Source of the DNA: a virus | Taxonomy: Duplodnaviria > Caudoviricetes | Virus record (IMG/VR): IMGVR_UViG_3300024246_000002 | Span: 610 to 64,609 of that record | Length of the DNA stretch: 64,000 bases | Direction: 5' to 3' (one strand) | In this document: positions 27,342 to 37,078 of the stretch, piece after piece | Layout of the letters: every line of letters starts with the position of its first letter | Position numbering within the stretch: the stretch's first letter is position 1 | Position numbers and translations under genes: made by a program | The notes under the pieces: generated by a model | Seen by the model: the letters and a program-made list of their open reading frames with translations, nothing else | The model's database searches: none | Told to the model about the DNA's origin: nothing

Positions 27342-29973
27342 TGACGTTCACCTCTTCCCTTCCATTCGGATTCTCCGCCGACTTCGCGGCGTTGTTCTGG
27401 CCCACCGACGCCTGGACGGCGCACCACAGGCCGCCAAAAGTCGCCGAGGGCGCTTCCATCAGCGGCTTGATTGTGTGGAGGCACTCCTCGACGAGCGCAT
27501 CGCGGCAGACGAACTTCCACGCATCATGGACGTTGTTGACGAGGCCGAAGCGCTCATCTAGTCCTCGGCGCTCCATCTCACGCGCTTCTTCGCGCATCAT
27601 CCCGAAGGCGTTCGACGCCGGCAGGTAGGCAATGGCCTGCTCGGCCTGCTCGCCGTTCCGTAGCTGACCGTTCGGGCCGAAGTTGAACACATCCCAGAAC
27701 CAGCGGATGGCTCCGAACGAATTCACGAGATAGGTGTCGTAGTGTGCCTTGAACTGGATCTGCTTCCTCCACTTGACGGTCTTCGGGAACGAGGCTTCGA
27801 GGAGTTGAATCATCTGCCCGGCTTCAATTTCCGAGGCGAAGGATTCCATATATGTGTTGTAGAGGGTACGCTTCTGCATTCCGAAGCCCCATCCCAAGAT
27901 AGTTCTTTTAGCCTTGGTATCGCGTACTCCACGATGGGCACGTTTAACACCGGCGAGAAACGCGCGAAGTTCGTCGTCAGGCATACTGAGCAGCTTACTG
28001 GCCGGAGCAAGCTTGAGGAACTGACTGGCAAGGAAGCTATGAACATCGAGCCGCACCACACGCATGTAATCCTCATCCTGCGCGAGGTGCGCGAGCGTGA
28101 GCGCGTGGAATGATTTGTGGTCGAAGCTGACGATTTTATAGCCATTGGGTGCCTCTATGATGCGCTGGAACTTATCTGCTAGGCCCGTCGTGCGCCCTTC
28201 CTTCTCATGTTCTGGGGCGTTCTGGACGTTCGGGTCGCGGCTGGATAGTTGGAGCGTAGCCGGCGCGAACGTGAACGTCGTATGCACCCGGCCGTCGCGC
28301 TCACTCGGCGCCCATCCATCGACGAAGGTCGATTTCATCAACCGCACTTCGCGGTGCCAGATGACCTTCCGGTAGAGCGGGTCGTGAGTCTTCTTCGCGA
28401 GGCGCTCCAGCTCCTTCGCCTCGGAGGTCTCGCGGCCCTTCTTGATGTTCATCGGCACAGGATGGCCGCGGTGCTTCATGTACCGGATAAGTTGCTGCGA
28501 TGAGGTCTTGAAGGGTTCGAGACGGCACCAGCGCTCAACGAACGTCCCATCAGGAGTTGCCTCGAGAAACGAATCGGTCTTCTCAACCTTCGCCACGAGG
28601 AACTCGCGCTTTACTAAGCCCGTCGTGTCCTTTGGCACCTTCTTGTAGCCCTGCTTCGGATGAACGTTCTTAATCTCATCTGGCACGAGCGCTTGCATCT
28701 CGGCGTCCACCTCTGCCGCGGCGACGTCCAATTCGAGGCCGAAGGCGCGCCGACGCTCATCGTTGATTGGAATCCCCCGTTCGCTCATCCGGTCTAGGAT
28801 GGGCCTCACCGAGTAGACGAGTCTCTCGTAGCCGTCCCAGAGGCCGCGCTTCTTGAGCTGCTCGGGTAGACGCTCCAATATGCGATGAGGAGCATCCACG
28901 TCAGCGCAGCCGTAGAGGGCCAGATCGACTCCGTAAAGGTGCTTCCAGGGCGAATCCATTCCGTAAAAGCTCGCCACGAACTGTAGATTGGCAGGCAAAT
29001 CAGGCTGCATGTGATGCCACATTTCGTAAAGGTCGTGAGGAGGCGGGCCACCTAGCGCAAAGCCATTCGCACGTAAACGTGCATCGTCAAATAGATGATT
29101 GTAAAAACCAGCCTTACGGTGTTCCAGAGCCATGATTCGGCGTGCCACTTCGAGAAACTCTGGTTGAGCCGGGAACGCAATCCCCTCACCAATACCCAGA
29201 GAGAATTGAATCTGTTGGATGTCATAGCTCCGCTCCTCGTCACGTTCATCTTCGCTCATCTCAGCCGAATTGGGCGTTTCGATATCGTAGGTGAGCCATC
29301 GGCCCTGCTCGCTCCGGCAGCGCTGCTCGAAGGCGAGAGCATCGTCGAGCGAAGGATGGGTCTGGTAGGTCGTCGCAATAGGCGTAGCTGGACCGTTCTT
29401 CGCCACCTGGACCGCTCGCATCAGGTCATGCACCAGGACGCCGAAGTAAGTGGGCTTCCCTTGGCGCAGGAACGAAGGATGGAACGTCGAGACGACGGGG
29501 ACACCCTCTGCCTCTTTGAGCGCGCATGGGATGGCGTAGCCGCGGATGAACGAGACACCCTCTTTCGTCCCGCTGAATCCGGTCAGCTCCCGCGCCGCAG
29601 TGCCACCGAGTGCCAAGATTGCGCGAGGCTTGAACACTCGGAGCGTCTCCGATAGATACTGATGACAGTTCTGAATCGCGTCGAACTCGTAGTGAGCGCC
29701 GACGAGATGGTCATGTGGAGGCTGGCAGCGGACGACGTTCGTGATGTGGAACTGGTCGCGCGAGAGGCCGCAGCGCTTTAGGGCGCGCTCGAACAATGAG
29801 CCCGATTGGGCGTAGGGCCGGAAGGGAAGGCCATCTTGACGCTCATTATGTCCAGCCGCTTCACCCACGACGAGAACGCCCGATGTTCCATGGCCCTCGT
29901 TACGGCAGAATCCTTTAGCGTCGCCGTAGAGCGAGCACGAAGAGCAGGAGTCGGGTTTGGGGAGGATGGGCAT
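27277..29973 (-). CDS. polA: Family A DNA polymerase with N-terminal family-4 uracil-DNA-glycosylase-like domain and 3'-5' exonuclease
   Basis: UDG: CSSCSL, VVGEAAG, NVVRCQPP, TFHPSFL. Exo: YDIET, YN..FD, YGCAD. Pol: RVHTTF...TLQLSSRDPNVQN, motif A DHKSFH, motif B KRTILGWGFG, motif C VHDA. Start is ATG 29973 by TGATG overlap. Confidence 0.9.
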   Translation of the reverse strand: MPILPKPDSCSSCSLYGDAKGFCRNEGHGTSGVLVVGEAAGHNERQDGLPFRPYAQSGSLFERALKRCGLSRDQFHITNVVRCQPPHDHLVGAHYEFDAIQNCHQYLSETLRVFKPRAILALGGTAARELTGFSGTKEGVSFIRGYAIPCALKEAEGVPVVSTFHPSFLRQGKPTYFGVLVHDLMRAVQVAKNGPATPIATTYQTHPSLDDALAFEQRCRSEQGRWLTYDIETPNSAEMSEDERDEERSYDIQQIQFSLGIGEGIAFPAQPEFLEVARRIMALEHRKAGFYNHLFDDARLRANGFALGGPPPHDLYEMWHHMQPDLPANLQFVASFYGMDSPWKHLYGVDLALYGCADVDAPHRILERLPEQLKKRGLWDGYERLVYSVRPILDRMSERGIPINDERRRAFGLELDVAAAEVDAEMQALVPDEIKNVHPKQGYKKVPKDTTGLVKREFLVAKVEKTDSFLEATPDGTFVERWCRLEPFKTSSQQLIRYMKHRGHPVPMNIKKGRETSEAKELERLAKKTHDPLYRKVIWHREVRLMKSTFVDGWAPSERDGRVHTTFTFAPATLQLSSRDPNVQNAPEHEKEGRTTGLADKFQRIIEAPNGYKIVSFDHKSFHALTLAHLAQDEDYMRVVRLDVHSFLASQFLKLAPASKLLSMPDDELRAFLAGVKRAHRGVRDTKAKRTILGWGFGMQKRTLYNTYMESFASEIEAGQMIQLLEASFPKTVKWRKQIQFKAHYDTYLVNSFGAIRWFWDVFNFGPNGQLRNGEQAEQAIAYLPASNAFGMMREEAREMERRGLDERFGLVNNVHDAWKFVCRDALVEECLHTIKPLMEAPSATFGGLWCAVQASVGQNNAAKSAENPNGREEVNVNVQDPIVERAVRENPGVAAAL

Positions 29974-30185
29974 CAGCGCTTCCGTTTCCGCAACGTGGGA
30001 ATCTTGCGGCGAATCTGATTGAGCGTGTGTGGAATACCTGTGAAGTTCGGGCAGCCTAGCAACCTGTTCAGAGTCTGAAGTTCGTCGCGGATATCCATCA
30101 GGACCGCTACTGGAACGTGGCTCCACGATAATCCGTTCTGCGCGTTCTTCGGCAAGTCCCAATCTGCATTCTTGTGCCGCGCCAT
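29973..30185 (-). CDS. Hypothetical protein
   Basis: Translationally coupled at both ends (TGATG overlaps). Confidence 0.55.
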   Translation of the reverse strand: MARHKNADWDLPKNAQNGLSWSHVPVAVLMDIRDELQTLNRLLGCPNFTGIPHTLNQIRRKIPTLRKRKR

Positions 30186-31543
30186 CAGAGCCACCTCTTC
30201 ACTTTCTCATCCACATTACACCGCCGCGCGAGCAGCTCAGCGTTCCCAATGAGCCTCAATCCCGCCGCAGTGCGTGCTCTCGAGATGGCGACGTAGATCA
30301 TGCTCGGCTTTCCGACGAAATTATGCCGTAGGTCCACCTGGATATTGTCCAAGCTCAGGCCTTGAGACTTGTGAACGGTCGTTGCATAGGCCAAGCGCAC
30401 CGGCAGGTAACGGATGGTGCCCCTCACCCAAATCCGCTTCTCGGCGTCCCAGTAGGAGCCATCAGGCAGGCGCGTGTGATTCTTCTTCGCCTCCTGGCAA
30501 TCCTCATCCGAGAACTCTTCAGGTGAGTGTTTCTGCCCGTTCTCGCGCTCTATCGCTCGGATAGTCTCGACGGCTCCGGTGCGGACGAGCTTCACGGTGA
30601 CGCTCACTGGCCCCATCGTTTCAATATGTCCACAATCACCATTCGTCCAGCGCAGCAATGGCTCCTTCGTAACTGGGTCTCTCGACGTGTCGTTCGCGAG
30701 AATCATTACGAGAGCGCCCTCTTTCATCTCCAGCGTATCGGGGATATTCTTGACCCATTCGGAGCGCTGCTTTCCCCAGCGCTCAGTTCGGTAGCGCATC
30801 GCTGCAGACTTGAGCTTGATGAAGTGGATGTTGTTGTACCGAGCAACTTCATCGTTCGTTCCCACGATCGTCGTTCCATCGAACGCCGGATTCGCTGCTC
30901 GATCGAATTGAACACCAGCTTGGCTAAGCAGTGGCCCACCCCCGCGCCCATCCCCGCAGCGAATGCGATTAATAGCATCGATGAAAGTGGCATCCGATTG
31001 CCTCCAGATCTTCGTGAGCTTGGTCGTCGCGGCGTCGAACTTGGGCCAGCACTCAGCCTCGAAGCACCAACTCTGATTAATCGGGGGAAGCTGGCAGAGG
31101 TCGCCCACGAGCGTTATCCCTAAAGGTTCCTTCACGTCGGCGTAGACATTCGCTTCCTTCGCTGCTAGATAGATGAAGTCGAGCATCTCCCGGCCGCCGA
31201 GCATCGACATCTCATCTATGACGAGACGATGAGTGCGGAGCGCGACCCGGTGCAGGATGCGCTGGAGCTTCCCGCTCGCATAGTCGTCTTCGATTGAGTC
31301 AGGCTGGAGCCCGAGCGCGCTATGCAGAGTGACGGCGCCGAGATTTACTGCACTAATTCCTGTAGTCGCAGTTAGCAATCCCCATGAAGAATCATCTTCA
31401 ATAGCTTTACGAACTCCAAACGTTTTTCCAGTTCCAGCTACTCCGGTTATGAAAGAACAAGGAGGCTCGCATTCAGCGTCAGGACGAATCTCTACCTCTT
31501 CATCCAGAAGATTATCCGAATTTAGATCAATCTGCTCCATCAC
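30185..31543 (-). CDS. PIF1/RecD-like SF1B DNA helicase
   Basis: ITGVAGTGKT Walker A; VIDEMSM Walker B; GDLCQLPP; LAYATTVHKSQGLSLD; YVAISRAR. Confidence 0.9.
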   Translation of the reverse strand: MMEQIDLNSDNLLDEEVEIRPDAECEPPCSFITGVAGTGKTFGVRKAIEDDSSWGLLTATTGISAVNLGAVTLHSALGLQPDSIEDDYASGKLQRILHRVALRTHRLVIDEMSMLGGREMLDFIYLAAKEANVYADVKEPLGITLVGDLCQLPPINQSWCFEAECWPKFDAATTKLTKIWRQSDATFIDAINRIRCGDGRGGGPLLSQAGVQFDRAANPAFDGTTIVGTNDEVARYNNIHFIKLKSAAMRYRTERWGKQRSEWVKNIPDTLEMKEGALVMILANDTSRDPVTKEPLLRWTNGDCGHIETMGPVSVTVKLVRTGAVETIRAIERENGQKHSPEEFSDEDCQEAKKNHTRLPDGSYWDAEKRIWVRGTIRYLPVRLAYATTVHKSQGLSLDNIQVDLRHNFVGKPSMIYVAISRARTAAGLRLIGNAELLARRCNVDEKVKRWL

Positions 31544-32114
31544 CCCACCGTTTTCCTTTGTTCACCATACAAATAGTTGCGCGACTAACATTGAACTCTA
31601 AAGCTAATTTGCACTGAGATTCCCCTTCTAAAATCCTTGCTCTAATTTCATCCACGGACTTTTGCGTCAGCTTGTAGCTTCGATTCGGCGTTGTCGGATC
31701 ATAAGCTGTCGCCCACTCTTCTTGCACTGATTTCTGTTTATGAGGACAGTAGCCATAGATTCCGATTGCTTGATTGCAATTGTGGCACAGCACGCGGAAT
31801 CCTTCTGGAAAGTTGTTCCTTACAATCCAGCGCCACCATCCTGATCCTGCAATCTTTTTTCGCTGCTGGCTCCCGCCTCCATTGATATGATCCAGCGATA
31901 AGAACTCTACGAAGGTTTGTCCACAACACGCACACTTTGGTGGGTCGCCTCCGTAGTGCTTCAGTACTTGAAGTCGGAGATAGCGATTGCGTATGTTGTT
32001 CCGTTTTCGTTTGCAAAATACACATTGCGTTTCTCTCTTTATTCCTTTTCGTTCCCAACAGAATTGCTCTGACCTTCGTGGTAGGTGACAATACGTACAT
32101 ATCTTCATGTTCAC
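31527..32114 (-). mobile_element. Free-standing HNH homing endonuclease with C-terminal HTH
   Basis: CACCG...LSLDHINGGG...LCHNCN; C-terminal KLALEFNVSRATI; AT-richer than its neighbours. Confidence 0.75.
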
Positions 32115-32120
32115 AGTCTG

Positions 32121-32471
32121 CTACTGTTTGATAGCGGCTGTCAACTTTATTCGCTCCATCTCCATCACCGTCTTCACCTGAATCTCGCGTCCACTTGGTA
32201 GAACGTAGGTCCTCGTCCAGAACCTATCTCCATTCATCTCACTGCGCCCCTCGCTCACCAGACACGTTCGTAGCGGCAGGATTCTCATCACGCTCTCTAC
32301 GCTCTCTGGACCAGCCCCCGAAGGCTCCAACGGAGGGGAATCCGTAGGGGTCGGAGCCTTCTTGGGTAAGGGACTGGACTTGCTGGGACGCTCTCGGGGC
32401 TTACGCGCATTCCCGCTCTCTGAGAACTTGGCTCTTTTGGAGCTGCGCTTGGGCCTTCGTGGGCGTCCCAT
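32121..32471 (-). CDS. Hypothetical basic protein
   Basis: Fills the gap between SSB and HNH; low-complexity N-terminus. Confidence 0.35.
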   Translation of the reverse strand: MGRPRRPKRSSKRAKFSESGNARKPRERPSKSSPLPKKAPTPTDSPPLEPSGAGPESVESVMRILPLRTCLVSEGRSEMNGDRFWTRTYVLPSGREIQVKTVMEMERIKLTAAIKQ

Positions 32472-32476
32472 CTCGG

Positions 32477-33112
32477 TTAGGCCTCCGGTGGCAGAGGCTT
32501 ATAGGCCACGATCTCCGCACGAGCGTTCAGCAGAGAGCCACAATTGGGACACTCGACCTGTGCGCGATGATGCCCTCCGCCGTTCTGCGGGAACCGCTTC
32601 TCGCCGCGGAGCACAATTCCGCCCTTCTTCCCGCGCGATTTATTCGCGTCGTTCTCAGCCTTACAGTCCTGACAGTAGGCGGTCCATTGGGTCTGGACCG
32701 TGACTTCGGGCTCGCCGGCGAGCTTGTCGGCGAACTTGCGCGTGGTCTCGAGAATGGAGACGCGGCCGCCGACTGGATCTCCGAGAGCCTTGAGCACCCC
32801 GGCCATCCTCGACGTCCCTGTGTTCTGCATGACCATCGTAGAGACGTTGTCGAACAGAATGCGGTTCTCGAACTCTCCTGTCGTGACCTTGGCGTTCACA
32901 TCGGCCATGTAGAACAGTTTGCCGTCCTTTGCCTTCCCTTGGCTGACGCCGCGCTTCCCCAAGCTGAGCTTGACGCGGTAGTCGCCGTCTGTTGGGGGCG
33001 GTGGGCCTGCGAATGCATCCGCATCACCCTGCACGTCCACGAGTTCATCGGCAAGCTGGAGGTCATTTAAGTCCACCTGCTTTGCCTTCTCCTTCAGATC
33101 GATATCACTCAT
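32477..33112 (-). CDS. Single-stranded DNA-binding protein (phage OB-fold, DUF669-like) with Zn ribbon
   Basis: PPTDGDYRVKL...FENRILFDNV..., CQDC/CPNC; adjacent to the Sak4-like ATPase and nuclease. Confidence 0.55.
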   Translation of the reverse strand: MSDIDLKEKAKQVDLNDLQLADELVDVQGDADAFAGPPPPTDGDYRVKLSLGKRGVSQGKAKDGKLFYMADVNAKVTTGEFENRILFDNVSTMVMQNTGTSRMAGVLKALGDPVGGRVSILETTRKFADKLAGEPEVTVQTQWTAYCQDCKAENDANKSRGKKGGIVLRGEKRFPQNGGGHHRAQVECPNCGSLLNARAEIVAYKPLPPEA

Positions 33113-33336
33113 TGCTGTCCTCCACTTGCATCTGTCCCGCTCGCCGCTACTCCACTGGCGAGCTTGGATTTCTTCGTATAGACCCGCTTGGGCTTCGCGC
33201 TCCCGTTGGCCTTCGCGCCGATTCCGCGCTCCGCGATAATCTCTCCGGCGAGCTGGTGAGTGACGCGGACGACGTCGGGTGAGGCTTCGCGGTAGAACGA
33301 GAGCACGCGGTCAATTCCGCTTCGTTTTGCTGCCAC
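33109..33336 (-). CDS. Hypothetical protein
   Basis: GTG start after AAGGAGG. Confidence 0.5.
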   Translation of the reverse strand: MAAKRSGIDRVLSFYREASPDVVRVTHQLAGEIIAERGIGAKANGSAKPKRVYTKKSKLASGVAASGTDASGGQQ

Positions 33337-33347
33337 TTGAATCCTCC

Positions 33348-34016
33348 TTAAAATAACTCTGTGTTTACTGGTTGTGCTACTCCATTGAATCGCGGGTATT
33401 CGACAATGTTAAGCGTGCCATCCACCCACGCATGGAAATCGTTTCCCTTCAGCTTCAGTGTCTCGCCACAGCCAGAGCAATAGAAGTTTGCATAAGAGCC
33501 ACCAAATCCATTCCGAATCATGGGCACCGTACAGTAGGAGCAGTCAGGTGTCGGCCCTTCGCCATCTTTGTGAAACGCTCGACGATAAGGTTCATGTCCT
33601 GAACGGCAGTAATAGTCGAGCAGCATATGAACCCGCGCTCGTGTGTAGTTCTCTCCGTGAACACCTGAAGAATCTCCTCCATACCAAACAGATGTTACGT
33701 CGGATTGGCTTAATAGAACGAGCATCGTTCCGCACAGCTCGAGTGCAGGTCCGCGCTCATATCCTTCGCCGTAGTAGCGGCAGAACAGCTTGACTCGGAC
33801 CATGTTGGGCAAATTCACCGAAGGGCCGTCCCAGATATCTCCTTCATTTGTGGGCACAAGGAACGCTTGCGCCTGCTTTTTGTCTTTATCTACATAGCTG
33901 TCCGTCCAAAAGATGCTCCGGCCAACGCGCTCCATCAAGAGATACTGAATCTCTCGGAGCCGTTTTGGATTCGGGGTTACTGCCATCGTGAACATCATTT
34001 CTGCGTCTACGCCCAT
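33348..34016 (-). CDS. Hypothetical protein with C-terminal Zn ribbon
   Basis: ATG at 34016 after GGAGG; CSYC...CSGC. Confidence 0.55.
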   Translation of the reverse strand: MGVDAEMMFTMAVTPNPKRLREIQYLLMERVGRSIFWTDSYVDKDKKQAQAFLVPTNEGDIWDGPSVNLPNMVRVKLFCRYYGEGYERGPALELCGTMLVLLSQSDVTSVWYGGDSSGVHGENYTRARVHMLLDYYCRSGHEPYRRAFHKDGEGPTPDCSYCTVPMIRNGFGGSYANFYCSGCGETLKLKGNDFHAWVDGTLNIVEYPRFNGVAQPVNTELF

Positions 34017-34033
34017 TGCACCCTCCAGTGCTC

Positions 34034-35077
34034 TTACTTCACCGCTACAGATTCCTTCGCCTGCGGCCTCTTCTCGCTCATCCACTTCGACAAATCCGTC
34101 GCTGCCTGAGCCTGCAAATCCTCTACGGTTTCCAAGTACCTGTCGAGTCCCCACTCGCTCGTCGGCTCGTAGTAACCGCCGGGGAACTTCTCGAGCAGCT
34201 TGGGGAGCATCTCAGGCGCGACGCGGGGCTTCGCCGGGAAGATGAGCCCACTCACGGGGTCCGGGTGGCGCATGAACCACACCCTGCGCTTCACCACCTG
34301 CATCGTCCGTTGCTTCGCTCCGAGCTTGATCTGGTCCGCGCTCAGCTTATGCGTGGGGTCGGGCTCATCCACGAAGAAATCATCCGCGTGCAAAAGGTCG
34401 CCGACCCAGCTTCCCACCTGCGACGTCACAGCCTTCCCAATGACAGCCGGGCCGACGATTGTTTTCTTCGTGTCCTCCTCCTCGCCCTTCGTCTCGAGCG
34501 CCGATGTATATACGTAGGCGACGGGAAGAGAGCGATAGTTGGTGATGATGTCGTAGACCGCGCGCTGAGCGTCATTGTAATTGCCGCGGGAAGCGAAGGA
34601 GTATTTCTCGTCCTGAGTGAGTTCCTTGCCATCGACGCCCGCGACGGTGACGGTTTCCTTGAACTGAGCCTGTGGGTCGTCGCCTGCCACCTTGAGCTGA
34701 CGGTTCAGCGCATCGCGCATGATGATATTAGCGATCGACGTGAGGCCTTCGATGGCGAGCGCGCCCACTTCGTCCCAGGTCTTCGATGACGGAGCGCGGA
34801 GTAGCAGGCCGAGCTGACCGTTCTTATTGGTGACTTCGGGCCAGAAGCCTTGGCTGAGCTTCCGCAGGACCGAGCGTGGATTCTCGAGGGCGCTGATTCC
34901 CCATGGCTCAATCAGGCCGGCTTTGATTGCGCCGTCGAGAGGCTTCCACCCGCCGCCATCACACGACGCAAGCCGGAGTTTCTTACCAGTGCGCGCGAAC
35001 ACAAACTTCGCTAGGCGCAATATCTCCGCAGTCTTGCCGGCGCCGCTACTTCCATATTCGCAGATTAGTTCGGCCAT
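34034..35077 (-). CDS. AAA-family ATPase, Sak4/RecA-like single-strand annealing recombinase
   Basis: YGSSGAGKT Walker A; LAIEGLTS Walker B variant; GPAVIGKA. Confidence 0.7.
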   Translation of the reverse strand: MAELICEYGSSGAGKTAEILRLAKFVFARTGKKLRLASCDGGGWKPLDGAIKAGLIEPWGISALENPRSVLRKLSQGFWPEVTNKNGQLGLLLRAPSSKTWDEVGALAIEGLTSIANIIMRDALNRQLKVAGDDPQAQFKETVTVAGVDGKELTQDEKYSFASRGNYNDAQRAVYDIITNYRSLPVAYVYTSALETKGEEEDTKKTIVGPAVIGKAVTSQVGSWVGDLLHADDFFVDEPDPTHKLSADQIKLGAKQRTMQVVKRRVWFMRHPDPVSGLIFPAKPRVAPEMLPKLLEKFPGGYYEPTSEWGLDRYLETVEDLQAQAATDLSKWMSEKRPQAKESVAVK

Positions 35078-35099
35078 CAGATCGCCCCCTCCAGAGCGC

Positions 35100-35264
35100 T
35101 TACTTCTCTTGACTCGTCGTCGCCTCAACCGGAGCCTCGGGCTCTTGCGGCTTCTCGGGTTCCTTCTCCCACTCGTAGCGCTTACACTTCGGGCACGCTA
35201 GCGGCTTATCAGCGCGTGGAACCCAGCGGTGCTTGCAGAATCGACATTTGACTCGGTTGCTCAT
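35100..35264 (-). CDS. Small Zn-ribbon protein
   Basis: CRFCKHRW...CPKCK; directly downstream of a consensus promoter. Confidence 0.55.
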   Translation of the reverse strand: MSNRVKCRFCKHRWVPRADKPLACPKCKRYEWEKEPEKPQEPEAPVEATTSQEK

Positions 35265-35273
35265 TCTCCACCT

Positions 35274-35302
35274 ATTATAATTATATTTACTGGGAATGTC
35301 AA
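35274..35302 (-). promoter_or_regulatory. Perfect consensus sigma70 promoter
   Basis: On the - strand: TTGACA (35302-35297), 17 nt, TATAAT (35279-35274), then GGAG RBS and ATG 35264. Confidence 0.85.
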
Positions 35303-35493
35303 GCGATTTTACGCGCCTGCTTGTGCCGATACAACATTTCTTTCGTGGAACGGCGCTGCGAGTACGCGAGAGCAGCAATCGCCGCGCTCATCCCTTTCTT
35401 CGCAGCGCGCTTCATGCAATCCGTGCAGAGCACAACGCTCCCCACCTTCCAGAGCGCGGGAACTGGAGGCTTGTGACCATTTGAACATTTCAT
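35299..35493 (-). CDS. Small hypothetical protein
   Basis: 64 aa with C..H and C..C motifs. Confidence 0.4.
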   Translation of the reverse strand: MKCSNGHKPPVPALWKVGSVVLCTDCMKRAAKKGMSAAIAALAYSQRRSTKEMLYRHKQARKIA

Positions 35494-35494
35494 G

Positions 35495-35689
35495 TCAGTT
35501 CTCCCCTGCAGCAGCGTCCTCGACAGCTTCGTGATTCGATGTTACGGAACGCTCCATTTCATCGTGCCAGTCATTATGCTTTTCACGATCATTTGCAGCA
35601 ACAGCAGATCCGCACGTGCAACATGAATAGAGACTGTGGCGCTGGAGGTCGATAGCCCAAGAAAGCATAAATCGGTCATCGAGATTCAT
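35495..35689 (-). CDS. Small hypothetical protein (C2H2-like)
   Basis: CCTCGSAV...REKHNDWH. Confidence 0.45.
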   Translation of the reverse strand: MNLDDRFMLSWAIDLQRHSLYSCCTCGSAVAANDREKHNDWHDEMERSVTSNHEAVEDAAAGEN

Positions 35690-37004
35690 TTGATTCCTCC
35701 ACAACTTCGCTCTTGGCCCGGAACGCCGCCGCCTCAGCGTCGTGATGCGGTCGGCGAATCTCGTACAAGCCCGTGCTCAAGGGCGACGTGAACATGCTCG
35801 AATCGCCGAAGCACACCTCTTGGAACTGACACTTCGAGGGCCAATCACATGAGCGACGATAGCCCGGCGCCAGCGCATTGACGACGGAGCGCATCAGCTC
35901 CGATTGATTGACGCGGACTCCCTCTAGCGCCTGATGATCTTGGATGACTCGCGCTTCTTGATTCTGCGCTTGCTCAATCCAGTCCTGAACGTCCCTGTCC
36001 TGCCTGAAGTAAGGGAGAGGCATGTTCACTATAGAGTCGAAAGGGTCACCGAGGTCGCTCTGGACCGTGCCGCTGTTAAGCATGTCAATCCACGCTTTGA
36101 CACCGACATCTTGCCAGATATCAACTCGAGTCCACCCTTTTCCCAGAGTATGACCACGCAATTTTCCAGAATCGGGCCATACATCTGGACCTGCCCACTT
36201 GTATCTCCACGCATACTCCGCTTCCGTGATCCCTTCTTTCCTCCACGGATGGATGAGCGACGATTGTGTGACATATCTGCCTCCCTCTTCGCCCTGAGTG
36301 CGCTGTCCCTTGATGAGATAGACCATTTGGATGCCCATGATTCTCGCGTCGGGATCCGTAGCGCGCAGGCCACGTTCAATCACAGCGGCTTCGCTGAGCC
36401 CCTGCACATCATGCCGATTGCTCGCCTCTTGGCGATAGTCGAAGCTCGAAGCGGTCTTGAACGACAGCACATAGAGGTCCGCGGAGCCCCGCTCCTGTAG
36501 CAATCCGTCAGCGCGCGCTTGGAAATCGATTCGGGCGCCATCCTCAGCGAGCCCCGCGTGAGTGAATCCCTCCCACACGTCCTCGCGCTCCACTTCGAGC
36601 ACACGGTATTGCTCGAGGAGAGCTTGCAAGCCGGTGGGGGCGACGGCGTAAGCGCGCACGAGTCCCTCAATCAGCGCGCGTTGCTCATCGGTGACCCATT
36701 GAGCGTCCTCGCCCAGCTCAACGTCGAGACCGCGCCCAATCAGCTCCAGCTCATACTCCTCGAGCGCCGCGGCGACGGCGCCATCGACGTCGACGTGAGC
36801 CCACACTCCGGGCACGTCGCCGAGCTTTAGGATTTGGTTGAGCAGCGAAGCCATTCCCGCGTGTACTGCGGAACCGGTCACAAGCGGAATTGTTGCCCTC
36901 ACTCTGCGGAGACCGGTTCCTCCCCAACTATAAGCAAGATAACGAGATGTTGGACATTTTTGGAATTCGAGGAATCTTGACCGGTCACTGAAGTAGATTG
37001 TCAT
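35676..37004 (-). CDS. PD-(D/E)XK (Cas4/RecB-like) exonuclease
   Basis: CPTSRYL...GSAVH; RADGLL...VLSFKT (E-to-S variant); C-terminal SCDW..KCQFQEVC Fe-S-type cysteines. Confidence 0.75.
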   Translation of the reverse strand: MTIYFSDRSRFLEFQKCPTSRYLAYSWGGTGLRRVRATIPLVTGSAVHAGMASLLNQILKLGDVPGVWAHVDVDGAVAAALEEYELELIGRGLDVELGEDAQWVTDEQRALIEGLVRAYAVAPTGLQALLEQYRVLEVEREDVWEGFTHAGLAEDGARIDFQARADGLLQERGSADLYVLSFKTASSFDYRQEASNRHDVQGLSEAAVIERGLRATDPDARIMGIQMVYLIKGQRTQGEEGGRYVTQSSLIHPWRKEGITEAEYAWRYKWAGPDVWPDSGKLRGHTLGKGWTRVDIWQDVGVKAWIDMLNSGTVQSDLGDPFDSIVNMPLPYFRQDRDVQDWIEQAQNQEARVIQDHQALEGVRVNQSELMRSVVNALAPGYRRSCDWPSKCQFQEVCFGDSSMFTSPLSTGLYEIRRPHHDAEAAAFRAKSEVVEESNESR

Positions 37005-37048
37005 GCAGAGAGCCCTCCAGCTCGAATAATCATAATACACCTATTTGC

Positions 37049-37078
37049 TTGACTTGTCCAGAGAAATCGTGCTATGAC
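37049..37078 (+). promoter_or_regulatory. Putative sigma70 promoter for the AAA+ helicase gene
   Basis: TTGACT, 18 nt, TATGAC. Confidence 0.4.

Noticed and set aside
35676-37004. Cas4-like nuclease as evidence of a CRISPR system
   Set aside because: There are no other cas genes or array; solo PD-(D/E)XK nucleases next to Sak4/SSB are standard phage recombination modules.
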